A DNA stretch of 64,000 nt from Antedon mediterranea (GCF_964355755.1 NC_092670.1:32848388-32912387), one strand, 5' to 3'. Shown: positions 25,765 to 38,983, counted from the stretch's first letter. The notes: a model not told the origin generated them from the sequence alone. A program made the numbers and translations.

Positions 25765-27998
25765 GTGTACAGCCACATCAAAACCAGGCGCTTGTCGCTA
25801 GATAGGGATTTGTGTAAAATGCATTTGAATGTGTGAAACTCATATTTTGACCATTTTGTTTTTTTACCATTATCTGATAGGAAATTTACCGTAGATTTCA
25901 AAAATATATATCTTATTAACTAATTCAAATGGAAAGGTGGTAAAAATTACATAAATCTGAGCCTCTATCCTCGTGTTTCGATTGAAAGAACGTGGTAATT
26001 CGTTATAAAAAAGCAGTTATTTTCGTCATTCCTACGCCGTAATTTTGTAGATAACCCCTGAAAGCTTGGTATCATTCGATAGGTATTTTGTTCATGAATC
26101 TAAAAATAAATGAGTGATGTCACAGATTGTACGATTTAGACCAATAAAAACCGATTTTATAGAACCCTTTAGTGTAAACAAAAACGGCCTTGTTGCTACG
26201 AACACGCTGAAAGAAGCGATGTGATTGGTTTAATTTTGTCACATGACCCATCCAGCATGGCAAATTCCAGGTCAACAAAATCTTATCGCTAGTACACGCT
26301 TGTCGAGAAAAATATATTTTTTATAGTTCATCTAGTACTGTACACATTAATACTAAAGTGACGTGTACTGACTCAGACTTGATAACAATAAGTTATAACA
26401 TACTAAAGTAAAGGGCCTAGCTAAGTTATTTATCGTAAGAGTTGATATTAGCAATGTAACTCTCAATCCACTGGCACTAGGCCTAGGCCTAGATAGGTAC
26501 AGTAGGCTAGACCTGGCTCTACTAGGCCTAGTACTATAAGCCTAGACTAGGCGGAGATCCGCCTAGGCCTACTACTACGCTGGGCTACTAGCCTAGATAG
26601 GCTGCATGGCATAGTAGGCCTAGCTAGCTAGTAATAATAATAGTAATAACAACAACAAGGCCTAGCCCAATTAAAATAAGATAGAGTTTTCCTCGCTATA
26701 GTATAATAAGCCTCCTGGAAGGCTTTACTTTACTTACTAGGCCTACTGCTGGGCTATTTTATTTATTTCAATTTGGTTAAATTTCATTATGCTTAAAAAT
26801 TGCCAATGATGGGTTGGGTGTGTGGGGAGTGTGTGCAAAACATAAACCGTAAAAACCAGAAAACCAGTACAACTACAATACAATCCCTCACAAATAAAAT
26901 ACTGGTACCTTGGCTAAATTTCACGTTATTCATCATGCTTAAAACATTGTTTAAGCTAACAGGTGTGTCTATCTGTCATGATCAGGCCAGGTGCTGGTTC
27001 AACAATAGACGTATTACATAACTTTAACAACAGTAAAATCCAGTACAATACAAATCCCTCACAAATAAAATACTGGTACCTTGGCTAAATTTCACGTTAT
27101 TCATCATGCTTAAAAACATTGTTCAAGCTAACGGGTGTGGCTATCTGTTATGGTGCTGGTTCAACAATAGAATACATAACATTGTTTGAAGGTTTGCATG
27201 GTGAAATCAAATGTTGATATAAAGTTTGCGGTACACCACGTATATTAAGTCTGAAAAGAACTGTTGAGTTTCTCTTACATACATAACATTAACACTAAAA
27301 ACCAGTACAATACAAATCACTCACAAATAAAATACTGATAATTGAATTTTGCCGACCAGAAACGAGGGACATTGTGTGCCCTGCGCCATTTTGAACAAAA
27401 AGCAGATAAAATAAAGTAAAAAGAGAAATAAAATTGAATAAAGTTCATTAATAAAATGTTTGCTGTTTTTTTTTAAATTTGTTTAGAACTAATAATAAGC
27501 TAAGGCAATCTTCCTGAATACCTACTAGTAGGCCTACTGTATTATTCTTACACTACACTATTATAAATGAATTTGACAGATTTTACGTAAATTAGTGGTA
27601 CTTTGTAATCGTCATAATTAACTATGATAACCACCTCGGATTTTGATGAAATTTTCATGAATATCAGAAAACACTATATTGAATAAGTGTGCCAAATTTC
27701 AGAATGATTGTTTATCTAGAAGGTAGTGTTGCTAAGGTGTTAATTGTTCAATCTGTAACAGCATGGGGCAACTTCCTGTCTGATTTGTCATTAAACTTTG
27801 ACTGTTAATTACTCAGTAATTACAAATAAATTGTAGTATAAATGCTATATACATTTATTGCCATAACTCTGGGAATATTTGCTTGATTTAAATGATCCAA
27901 ACACCATTTTGAAGGATATATTGTGAGGAATACCATTATAGTATCAACTAAAAAAATATATATTTCACCAAGTGCCTGGTTTTGATGTGGCTGTACAC
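25765..27998. mobile_element. Non-autonomous TIR DNA transposon, Sola1-like
   Basis: 30-bp TIR GTGTACAGCCACATCAAAACCAGGCRCTTG with one mismatch. The 4-bp TSD AAAT (25761-25764 and 27999-28002) fits the AWWT target of Sola1. There is an internal ~180-bp duplication at about 26860-27330 and no transposase. Confidence 0.8.
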
Positions 27999-28383
27999 AA
28001 ATGTATATTACCTAAATTCCACGAGAGTTCTTAGAGCATTATAATTTATCTATTGCTTTTAATAATTAATTGTTAATAAATGCTAAATAATGTATTTGTT
28101 CCTGGTGTCCTCCTTATACTGGAGTTAAACTATTTATGAGACAATATTTTATTATGAATTATACGTAATATATATATGTACCGTAACCAGCAGGCAGGTT
28201 GATCTGTATAGCATACGTCCATAGAAATTCATTTCTGATACTGTAGAATACTGCACTATTTCATAATAAGTTAATATCCTAGTTTAAAATACTGTTTTAT
28301 ACGTGTATAACTTAATCAAAATAACGTTCTAATTTAGAATTACTGGGTCGGACAAACTAATCCACTTCATTGTTCCAATTATC

Positions 28384-28668
28384 TTATTTATTTATTGATA
28401 TAATTTGTTCTTTTAAAAGGAAAAACACCATACAGTTGCACGGAATGTGGAGACGAGTTTGGTACATCATCGGCACGTGATCAACATCGCTCAAGTATGA
28501 TGTGTTCAAAAGTTGGCCCTAGTCGAAAGTTACACACACTGGATGATTTACCGTCTGGACAGACACAGATCCATAAAATAGTAAACGCACTCACGGTACC
28601 AATGGTCTCGAAAAACGACTGTATGGACGCTATCGCTCAGAATTTCCCTCACACGTTTTTCCCTCAAT
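28384..28668 (-). pseudogene. Decayed fifth exon downstream of lectin A, resembling a TGF-beta/BMP mature domain
   Basis: Acceptor ttttaattgacag ends at 28669. One frame reads IEGKTCEGNSER*RPYSRFSRPLVP*VRLLFYGSVSVQTVNHPVCVTFD*GQLLNTSYLSDVDHVPMMYQTRLHIPCNCMVF..., with three internal stops. The family assignment is inferred from Cys spacing and short motifs. Confidence 0.45.
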
Positions 28669-29000
28669 CTGTCAATTAAAAACAGTGGTAATATTGGCTT
28701 ATCATTGAATGCATTGGATTGAAATACGTAGAAAAAGGCCTCATTTATAAAAGTATTTACTAAGACTTACTTAATTGATTAACATAGGAACAGTTGTTTC
28801 ATCGATATTTATATGTGTTTAAAAATAGGCGTAGGCATATCAAATGAAGGCCTAGTCAGTCATGTAAATACAAGCAAGAAGAGTATATATCATTAACACC
28901 ACTTTGCAGGCAGATTAGCAAGGTGAAATGAGGCTGAGTTGAGAGGTTACTGGTGTTGATATGTTATGGACACAAACCTTGTGTTTTTACGGTATTTCAA

Positions 29001-31253
29001 CTAGTTTAATACACGGACACAATATTTCATCTTGATTAGATTGTTGGTGACAGTCAATCTTTGGCACTTGGAACGCCGACTGATGATCGTCGTTGGTACT
29101 ACAAATAACAATGAATATTGGTAAAGGGCACGTCAATGGTAGCGATGGAGTATTGGCAAAGTGCGAGGCGTTCAAGGCAAGCGGGCATGCGAAGCGCGCC
29201 AAAAATGTGTGCCAGGTATCTAGTTTACAATGTAAAGAGTTAGAGTTTATCTTAACGTGCTTGTCCTACTATGCTACGATATTGTTTAAATAAATTATTT
29301 ATATTTTCATAATATATCTAAATAGATATTGATGTTCCACACCAATGGTTATTAGAAGGTACTCCCGCATTATTGGTCTTAAATATAATCTTTATAATCT
29401 CAGGCCTTTTCTCATAAATTTTGCTATTATTATTATTATTAGTGATGAAGGAGTTTTCAATATTTTTATTTTGAAAAAATAATTTTGTTGAAAATTGTTT
29501 TCACCTGACTCATGTTGATACTATTATCAAAAAAAGCAGTGTTAAGTTATTCAATTCAATTCAATTCAAGAAACATTTATTTATTTATGTAAATATTTAT
29601 CTGCTGAGCCTATACCATGCGTATATAATTAATTATAATTAACTTACACTGTTCACATATAGTTGGCAGTTCCCTGGTACAGAACAAATCATGCCAAAAA
29701 CCGCCACGTCGATGATTTAAATTGGCACAGTCTTCATAATTTCCACTGGGTTCTTGGGGTGTGTCCCAATCTAAAAGACCACATCAAATATTAGGTATTT
29801 CTGTTTAGAATTAATTTAAAGTAATGTTAGTCACATATTTGGCTGCTATAAGTTGATGATACATTTGAGTTTTCGTAGGACTTTGGTGTTCTACATTCAT
29901 TGCATAATGTGTAAGTCTATTTGAAAGCCAAGATCGATTACTGTGATAAGATGGGTACGTTTTTACAACGTTTGTTATTATTCAATACTAGTTTTCCTTA
30001 TTGCTTCTATTAAAAAAACACATATCCAAACTATACAAAGGGTAACAAAAAGGGGTGTCGATCGACTTCATATTTACAGCGTACACAATTGGTCTACATT
30101 TTTACAAAGGTATAGTTATACATCTGGAAACAAGAACACAATGACTTGAATCGGCGTTGAAATCAAAAACGTGACAATGCAAATGATTGCTGTCAATAAA
30201 AGAAACACTGGCCCGTTGCGTGCATATTCTGTGGGCGGTCCACGCTCTGTCGGCAAGATACAGACTGATTCAAGTCTTTGTGTTCCTTTGTCCATGATTA
30301 TACTTCTATAGCTAGATCTTCTTCCCGACACCCATTCAAATTCGCCATCGCTATCTGCATCAACGAGGCCAATCCAAGCTCTGTCTATTCCCGAATATTC
30401 AAGTATTCTATCTAACCACTTGTTTTCTGCTTCACTGGTAACTTCAACTAAATCCCCATTGAAACTTTGGCATTTTTCTCTTCCGGAAGTCCACGTAGCA
30501 AGTGTTTCAATGATCCTGTAGCATTTATAAAAATCGACATTGTAATGCCATCCTTTTGGACAATCTGAAATTGAAATGAACTTCAAAATGAATTATTATT
30601 CTGGAAAGTGCACATGGTAGTCTAAACTTTTACAATATTAATTATACTCATATTTTACTAGTTCGGCTTCATTCAATGTGGGCAAACAATAAAAAATATG
30701 TCTTATTTTAATGTATAAGTACCATTATATTTTTCTTATTCGGCTCCACTAACGCCGGGGCGGCTTCAATATGAAAGGTAGGCTACGATTTTGTTAACTA
30801 GTAGTATTAATTAACTTAAAAACACACAATTTAGTAAGAATTGCAGATCCAAAAATTGCAGATCCCAACAGTTTATCTAAAACAATAGGCTATTGTATAC
30901 GACTTCCTGATGACTCACTTCTATTAAGCACTATGAGACAACTGTGTCACTTATGTTTTATATTTTACATGAAGAGTGCGGCCAGCTACATGCTGGTCGT
31001 ACGAAACAAATTTGTAGTGATTAAAACAATGAAGTAACCAAGTTTTCTGCTGTTATTTTATTTATTTATTTATGCTCTACCTTGGTATTGAGCACTCTAT
31101 CTAAACGGTCTGAAAATTTCAACCTGAATATATATATATATATATAATTTTACTTCTCGTTTTGATTTAGCTTTTCGCTTTAATTTTGTATCTCCATTGA
31201 GATCCAGCCACTGATACCCACAGCATTGTCATTTTTCAGTAATTTGCCTTTGG

Positions 31254-31325
<72 letters not shown>

Positions 31326-31401
31326 TTTGCAACTCACCATCACAAATGACGTACTGTGTAGCAACCAAAATTGACAATAATATCCGTCCATTTGTTTTCA
31401 T
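29001..31401 (-). CDS. Secreted C-type lectin, copy A (EPS / WHD motifs)
   Basis: Exons 31401-31338 (signal peptide MKTNGRILLSILVATQYVICD), 30564-30304 (CPKGW...KCY...WIGL...FEW), 29770-29648 (NWDTPQEPSGNYEDC...WHDLFC...ICEQ) and 29098-29001 (LPTTIISRRSKCQRLTVTNNLIKMKYCVRVLN*). All introns are phase-1 GT-AG. Confidence 0.88.
31258..31320. repeat. (TA)n microsatellite
   Basis: About 30 TA units in intron 1 of lectin A. Confidence 0.95.
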
Positions 31402-33244
31402 TTTTAACAGAAAATTAAATATTACTTGGTTATCTTTAGCTCAGGCTATGGTATACGATATAACAACTGTTCGTTGTGTGAAGTATAAACAGGAATTCAC
31501 AATAAACACACAGTGTAAACGCCTAGTGTTGATTGACTACTATTTTCTTGTTACTGGTAAACGCACTTTCCTTAAATTAAATTTTTTATCGTCTACACGT
31601 CAAAGAAGCAACACTTATTGCGTCGACAAGAAATACTACACTCCAAGATAAGTAGGTTATCTTTAAAATATTCTGTAGTGAAATAATAATTAATTAACGT
31701 TTCTATACGTAATTAGAAATGCCAATATCAAAACAATTAAATATAATTGTTCACCAACTTTTGACGCAAGAACTTACACTTACTTGTTATTGTTTACTAA
31801 AATTAAAATTTAATGAACATTGTATATTTATATCATATTTGTCCTCCAAGCTTTTCAAGTTACGTCTATAGTAAACGGACGCAATGATGAGTGAATGAAC
31901 GAAAATAATTATTAGCATTTTGATTATAGATACGCGGACAGCTATCAAGCGAATAAATAGAAAATTTAAAAAGAAAACAATATTTGATCTGCATTACCTA
32001 TCTTAACACGTAACTAATTGATTAATAAAACAGTAAACAAGATACAGACGTATCTATGCAGATTTATCTGTAATCTGTAACTTTTATTTTTATTGTTTTT
32101 AATGATACCCTGCATGTTTGTTGTTCTGTTTTGTTTTTGTAGTTATATATATTCTACAGTTTATGCATATTATGTATTGTCATACAGATCTAATTAAGTA
32201 ATTAGTTTTTTTACATTTTGTTTTGATGTTATGTATTAGTATTTTGAACTTTGTGACTTATGTTATTTTTAATTTTGTCTGTAAATTCGACCATTAACAC
32301 CATTAGCACCATTAACTGATAGATGTGTGCCATCGATATAAAGGTGATTCCTATGAATAAATACATAAATAAATAAATAAATAAATACTTACCCCAGAAC
32401 GAATATAACATTCTTTCTGATTTGAAATCAATCATTATATTCCACCGTCCAAGTTACAAACAAACGTTTAATGTTATCGATTAAGTTTCAGTCGTTTCCC
32501 AACTGAAACTATGGCTTTAATTAGAAATTTATTAAAAACATTGCACAATGAAAATTACTGTTATTGATTTGTCGATCTTTTCCCTGATTATTTAGTCATA
32601 TACTAAACCAATATAACCTAATATTTTAATACAAAACAATTTGATACAGAAGATTAATATCAAAAGTTTGTAGTATAGAGCTATAAACACAGGGATAGTG
32701 ATTTTGGTCATGGATTTGAGACACACCTAAAGAAACGTCAAAACAAGATGGTTTAATTATAAAGAAAATAATGTAAGTGATAATAAAACAATATAAACAA
32801 ACTCAAAGAACATTTTGGAAATCAGAAATGTAATTACTGTATAATGTAAGGAAAAGTTAAGTTGTAACTAAGGAAACGATAATACTCTAAACTTTTTCCT
32901 TATGTCCCCTTTTTGCTTCTCAAGGATATAGGCGCTGCTCACTCAAAAACATGTATGTTTGTCGAATTCTTTCAATTATGTCAGTTCATCCTTAAAAATG
33001 TTGATATGATCTCATTATGAGAATAATTCTATTATTATGTTTTTGCGACAAATATTTGAAACACAAATGGTTTAAATTCTGGTAGTATGTTTAAAAATTG
33101 CACATTTACCATCGGGACAAGCTCATTAATTTAATTAATGAAATGTTCTACTTTTTTTTGAATTACTTATGTTAAACAAATTGACGATTCTTCTTTGTTC
33201 CAAATTATTGTATTCATTTGTGTATTTCATCTGTTTTTTTAAAA

Positions 33245-33465
33245 AGGACAAACACCGTGTAGTGTCACAAAATCTAGTGAGTAGTGGGTTTGGTATCATC
33301 GGTAACTGATCAGCATCGATCTAATATCAGTGTTCAAAAGTTTGCGCTAGTAGAAAGGTGGACACACTGAATGCTTTACCCTCTGGACACTGAGACACAC
33401 ATATTCATACAATTGTAATTGACGATGGACTAAGACTTTTCCACGCACGGACGTTTTCCCTCAAT
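33245..33465 (-). pseudogene. Orphan copy of the decayed fifth exon (remnant of another lectin unit)
   Basis: Acceptor followed by ATTGAGGGAAAA...CAGTGTGTCC...AACTTTTGAACAC...CCGATGAT, alignable with 28420-28668. No lectin exons are attached. Confidence 0.55.
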
Positions 33466-35970
33466 CTGCCAGTTAAACAGTGCTGATATTGGCTCACCAA
33501 TGAATGCATAAGATATTAGTTGCAATATTATTGTAAATTAATAATATTGCATCTAATGAAAAGGTCAAAATAGGCTTCAATAAAGAGCTATGCATTTACT
33601 AGGAATTTACCTGAATATTAGATTTTTGTTAAAATAATAATACAATTATTAAGTTACTGCGACCATGATTTTAAACAACAAAATATCTTTAATCCATTCA
33701 ATTTCGGACTCTTTCAATATATAGCTCTGTGCTCTCCATGCATGCTCTACGCGTGCGCGTTTAGTTTGTATAACAACGATTCTCTATAGTAATACATTGC
33801 TTTTTTGTTTAATGTTTGCAGGAACTTTATAATTTCGTTATTAACTTAACAAAAATCTTAAAACAAATTGATTGTTTTTATATGAAATTCGATATTTAAA
33901 GTCTTGTGAACATTATAAATTTTTAATTGCAAAGGACTTGGCTCCATACTCTACATAGGCATAGTTGGACACACATATGGCCGGTGTGCACCCCACTTGA
34001 CTTTCTAAAATCCGTCAACGCAATGCCGTAACTCTTTCAATATATGGTTATGGGTGTAAACAATACCAAAGCCTTGTAGTTTGGCCTTTCTTTTATACAG
34101 TCCAGTGTTCTAGCATACGTTGATAGTACTTATAGACTGGATTTTGGCCTATCATTCATACACACGGTATCGTTATGCAAACAAAACCGATGTAGACCAT
34201 TTTAAGAAAGGGTTTGTGCATTACCCAGTCTCGTCTACATGTCACCACCAGAAGCTCACAACACTGAATAAAACAATTAGTGCGTAAAATTGGTTTTTGG
34301 TGTAAAAGGTACCAACATCAAACTTCGGAGTTTTCAGGTCTCTAATATATAGCGGGTCTGTAAACAACCAGTTAACAACGGAGCAACTAACACTCATTCA
34401 TTCCAGGCAATGGTGCCTGCTTTTATTTTATCTGTAGGCCACGGGCCCATAGATTCAAAATATATTACAGTAAGGTTGACTCTCTCTATTTTAACAATAC
34501 AAATAAATACTTTGATAGAATAACATAAGCATTTAAATCTGTTAGTAACTTATGTAATTTTGGATAAGAGGGATTACGTCAATAATTAGGAATCAGTAAA
34601 GTTTCCCTTTCTGCCTTATAAGCCGGACATCTATATATAAATTTACGTAAGGGCAAAATTCGGTAAATCGCGCCTTACTTCTAGAATTTTTACTCGATGG
34701 TATATAAAGTTGGTTCGTACTTTCGGTAGGCCTACTGATTTTAACCACCTGATGTAACCCTGTTTACTAATTAAAATTATTTATTGACGATTAAAACGCA
34801 TTTAGGTTCAACGATTTGCCCCAAATAGGGGTGTTTTCCGATCTTGGTATACACTGTCTAATGGAAGCTCATCTTGAAAAATACCCGCCACAAAAATGCG
34901 AGGAGGCTTCGCATTTTCCTATCTCCTCCTACGATAATTGTTTTTAATAGCTGAAAACCGGTTGAACAGCTCGAGTACAGCATAATAATGTTGAAGACGA
35001 TTTTCTTTAAAAAATACTATTTTGATAGATTTAATATACGATTATACAAATGTATTGATTTGCGATGAATGGAACATCCCAATCTCTCAGTCTGCCAGAG
35101 TTTGGTTTAACACAAGTAGGTAAATTTATGAGCCATTGGTTTAACACATACGGTAGGTAAATATATGGGCCCTTTGAGAATAAACTTGACAATACTGTAA
35201 ATACCTATTAACTATTTTTGGTCCTCATTTGAATCGAGCATTTCTTACTGTGAATGTTCGTACTGTTAGATGTAATATAAAAATATATACAAATAAACTT
35301 TATTACTGAGATTGTGGATAGGCTCTACTGTTAGATATACAAATAAACTTTATACTGACAGTTCCTTCTCAACGTTTGTATTAATTAATAATTACCAAAA
35401 ATATAAACGTCGTAGTGGTGTATCGTGACATGTACTTTAATATTTCAATCGATTATGACAGTGACAGTTTTAACAAAGTATTAAATCGCAAATGTTTTAC
35501 TGTATTTAGAGGTATATTATTTATAGGCCTATAAAACATGAAAAAAATATTTCGTTACTGAGTGGATAAAGAATATATTTAAAAATTGTTCCTCTTTGTA
35601 CCTATCCGCTTTCCCATCCCTCAACCCTAATGTTACATACAAAAAACAAATTCAAAAATTTGGACTCATTTTGTGGTAAGTTTCTCCTTCGGAAGTAATT
35701 CCCAGGGTGCTCATTTTAGTTGACTACATAAATCATCGTGTCTATTTATTTGTTTCTGTAAACGACAATGTATTTTCACTATTCGCAATTCTTAGTCTAA
35801 AACCATAGACGCACTTGCGTACATGATCGTAGACATAGCTTCAAGGAATTATCATTTTACTCTAATAATGATATTTAAGTTTTGTGATCTTACTTGAATC
35901 TTACTTGAATCTTCGGGCTCTTGATTAAGTCAAATGCCTTTTAAACGCCCTCCATTTCTTCTGTATTTAT

Positions 35971-38787
35971 CTAGAATTGGTAGCAAAATTTATCTCCCAT
36001 TGCTCTGTCTTTGTTTAGTTGATCCTTGAATGCATTTATGTTTTCTGCTTGTACTGTAGTGTGGAATAGATTGTTCCATGTGTTGACGATTCTACATGAA
36101 AAGGAGTGGCTTCTGATTTTCAGTCGGGCTCTTGGCTTTCTTAATTTGAATTGATGGCCCCTTGTTCTACTGTCCTCTCTAAAGTCAAAAAAGGTTTCGG
36201 CTTCAATATCATCCAAGCCCTTGATAATTTTAAACACTTGTATAATGTCCGCTCTCCTTCTTCTGTAATTCAGTGTAGGTAATCCAAGCTCTTTTAATCT
36301 CTGATCGTAAGATTTATCTCTTAACTTTTTGACAATTTTAGTGGCCCTACGCTGCACTCTTTCAAGCTTATCCAAATCACCTTTTAGGAGAGGGTACCAT
36401 ATACAGCTTGCGTATTCCAGATGAGGTCGAATTATACTTTTATAAAGGGGCAGGAACATATCCTTATCCATGTAAGCAAAAGATCGCCTTACCAATCCAA
36501 TGAGTCTATTTGCTTTATTTACAGCTTCATTCGTATGTAGTGAAAATTTTAAAGACTGATCAAAAGTAACTCCAAGGTCCTTTTCAGTATTGGCATTTGG
36601 CAGATCCTCGTCACCTTCCTCTGTTGGCATAGTGAATTGCATTTGTGGATTTGAATTTCCATAATGTATTACTTTACATTTATTAATGTTGAATTTCAGC
36701 TGCCATCTTTTAGACCAATCGGATAATGCCTTGAGATCATTTTGAACAGTATCATTTCTGTTTTCATACACAACATTAAACATCTTAGTGTCATCTGCAA
36801 ACATCCATACTTTAGATTTAACTGCATCAGGTAGGTCGTTTATGAAAATGATAAATAATAAAGGGCCTAACACGCTGCCTTGAGGGACTCCGCTTTTAAC
36901 CGTAGACCATTCAGAAAATGCTGCGGCCACTCTAACTCTTTGTCTCCTCCCAGTCAAAAATTGATGTATCCATCTCAGTAGGTTTCCTTTTATTCCGTAC
37001 GCTTCCAATTTTGTTATTAATCTCTGGTGGGGGATAGAATCGAATGCCTTACTAAAATCCAAATATACAGCATCAAAGTTTTCTCCCGCATCCAGCAATT
37101 TCGTCCATTCTTCCATCACCTCCAGCAATTGTGTGACGCAAGATCTACCTTTCCGAAACCCATGCTGTGCTTTTATAATAAGGTTTCTATCATTTAGAAA
37201 CTGTATAATTTTGTCTCTCACAATTGATTCCAAAAGTTTGCATACGACAGATGTCAAACTTACTGGCCTGTAGTTTCCAACCTCCGTCTTGTCCCCTTTC
37301 TTAAAAATTGGTACTACATTTGCACATTTCCAGCACTCCGGTAACTGTCCAGTCGATAGTGATTTGTTGTATATTGACGTCAATGGAGTTGCAACAATTT
37401 CTTTAAGTTCCTTCAGTACTCTTGGATGCACGTCATCTGGTCCAGCTGATTTATTTGAGTTCATCTGCTGAAGGAATATAAGCACTTCCTCCTTTGTCAC
37501 TTCAATTGACTCCAAATGGTCATCCACGTCAACTCTTGGTGTAACTTCTGGCAATGACTCGAGGTCTTCATTCGTGAATACACTTGTGAAAAATGCGTTG
37601 AAAATTTCCGCTTTATGCTGATTGTCATCAGCCATATTACTCTTTGCATCCTTCACCAATCCAATAGATTGAGTTGTTTTGGTTTTCTCTCTTACATATT
37701 TCCAGAAACTTTTAGGATTTGTTTTTACTTCATTGCAAATTTTCCGCTCCAGTGCAATCTTTGCTGCCCTTTTTTCACCTGTTACTATATTTCTTGCCTT
37801 TTTGTAACTGTCATAATCCTTCTGTTGTCGAGACCTTGTAAACTTTTTCCATGCATTATGTTTCATTTTAATTTTCCTCTGAACGTCACCAGTCATCCAG
37901 ATAGGTTTATTTTCTTTTTTTATGTTTGACTTGGGAATACAGATCTGAACAGCATTTCTTATTGATTTATTTAAAGCTTCACAGGCCTCTTCAACATTTG
38001 TATTTTCAAATTGGTAGTCCACCTCAGTAATCAGTTCTTTCATTTTAATATAGTCACCCTTGTTGAAATTTAGCTTGTATTCCATTTTCTCTTGTATTTT
38101 AGTTACACAGTCATATGAAAACAAGATTGTTACGTGGTCGCTTTTTCCTAATGGTGGACCTATCTCAATTTCACTTATTTTGGTTTCATCCATGGTGATT
38201 ACTAAGTCGAGTATGTTAGGTGTTTGACCATCTCGAAATCGTGTTGGTTGCTGTATACACTGGCATAGAAAATTATCTCTAAGGCATTCTATAAACCGAT
38301 TACTTTTATGTGTTTCATTTTTATTTGTACTCCAAGAAATCCAATCAATTTCAGGAAAATTGAAATCTCCTAACATGATGAAATCAGAAATACCATTTAG
38401 TTCACTTGCTTTGTTGATAGCAGATAGTAACGCTTGATTATTTTCGTCAATACTGTTAGGACTTCTGTAAATACATCCGCATAATAGTTGTTGCCTTTTA
38501 TTTATTTCAATTTTGATCCATAGTGCTTCCACAAAATTTAAATTCAGTAATTCGTTACAGATACTGGCATTCAGCTCTTCCTTCGCAAAAATAACCACAC
38601 CTCTACCACTTCTGCCAGAATCAAATTTTGTGTATCCCTTGATGCTTAACTCAACTTCCAATATGTCTGTACAAGTTTTGTTATTTACTTCAGTTATTGC
38701 AACCACATCAGGTTTCCTTTGATTTGTAATATCACGTAACTCACCTATTTTATTTCTCAGGGCATCTGCGTTTGTGTAAAGAAATTT
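35971..38787 (-). CDS. LINE ORF2: apurinic-like endonuclease plus reverse transcriptase
   Basis: Endonuclease motifs KFLYTNAD, AITE, IYRSP, GDFN, LDLV and SDH; RT motifs NYRPVSLTS, QHGF, LDFSKAFD, GVPQGSVLGPLLF, FADD and KDLGV. The frame is open from 38787 and is preceded in frame by TAG (38790-38788) and a further 76 open codons. Confidence 0.93.
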   Translation of the reverse strand, partial: KFLYTNADALRNKIGELRDITNQRKPDVVAITEVNNKTCTDILEVELSIKGYTKFDSGRSGRGVVIFAKEELNASICNELLNLNFVEALWIKIEINKRQQLLCGCIYRSPNSIDENNQALLSAINKASELNGISDFIMLGDFNFPEIDWISWSTNKNETHKSNRFIECLRDNFLCQCIQQPTRFRDGQTPNILDLVITMDETKISEIEIGPPLGKSDHVTILFSYDCVTKIQEKMEYKLNFNKGDYIKMKELITEVDYQFENTNVEEACEALNKSIRNAVQICIPKSNIKKENKPIWMTGDVQRKIKMKHNAWKKFTRSRQQKDYDSYKKARNIVTGEKRAAKIALERKICNEVKTNPKSFWKYVREKTKTTQSIGLVKDAKSNMADDNQHKAEIFNAFFTSVFTNEDLESLPEVTPRVDVDDHLESIEVTKEEVLIFLQQMNSNKSAGPDDVHPRVLKELKEIVATPLTSIYNKSLSTGQLPECWKCANVVPIFKKGDKTEVGNYRPVSLTSVVCKLLESIVRDKIIQFLNDRNLIIKAQHGFRKGRSCVTQLLEVMEEWTKLLDAGENFDAVYLDFSKAFDSIPHQRLITKLEAYGIKGNLLRWIHQFLTGRRQRVRVAAAFSEWSTVKSGVPQGSVLGPLLFIIFINDLPDAVKSKVWMFADDTKMFNVVYENRNDTVQNDLKALSDWSKRWQLKFNINKCKVIHYGNSNPQMQFTMPTEEGDEDLPNANTEKDLGVTFDQSLKFSLHTNEAVNKANRLIGLVRRSFAYMDKDMFLPLYKSIIRPHLEYASCIWYPLLKGDLDKLERVQRRATKIVKKLRDKSYDQRLKELGLPTLNYRRRRADIIQVFKIIKGLDDIEAETFFDFREDSRTRGHQFKLRKPRARLKIRSHSFSCRIVNTWNNLFHTTVQAENINAFKDQLNKDRAMGDKFCYQF

Positions 38788-38983
38788 CTACGACTTCTCA
38801 TGAAAATCAACAATATCATCGTTTCTTAAACTAGATTTCTTCTGCTTTAATCCTTCTATAAAAGTTTTAAATTTTTTCTTGTCCTCTGAACATTTTTTTT
38901 TTCTTATAAATTTTTGTTTCACTTTTCTTTCTAAGTTAAAATAATTTTCTTCAAAACAAAAAGATTCTATATTTGAAAATTCT

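Noticed and set aside
31180-31651. ORFs with (YI)n runs
   Set aside because: Read-through of an intronic (TA)n microsatellite; only 31401-31338 is exon.
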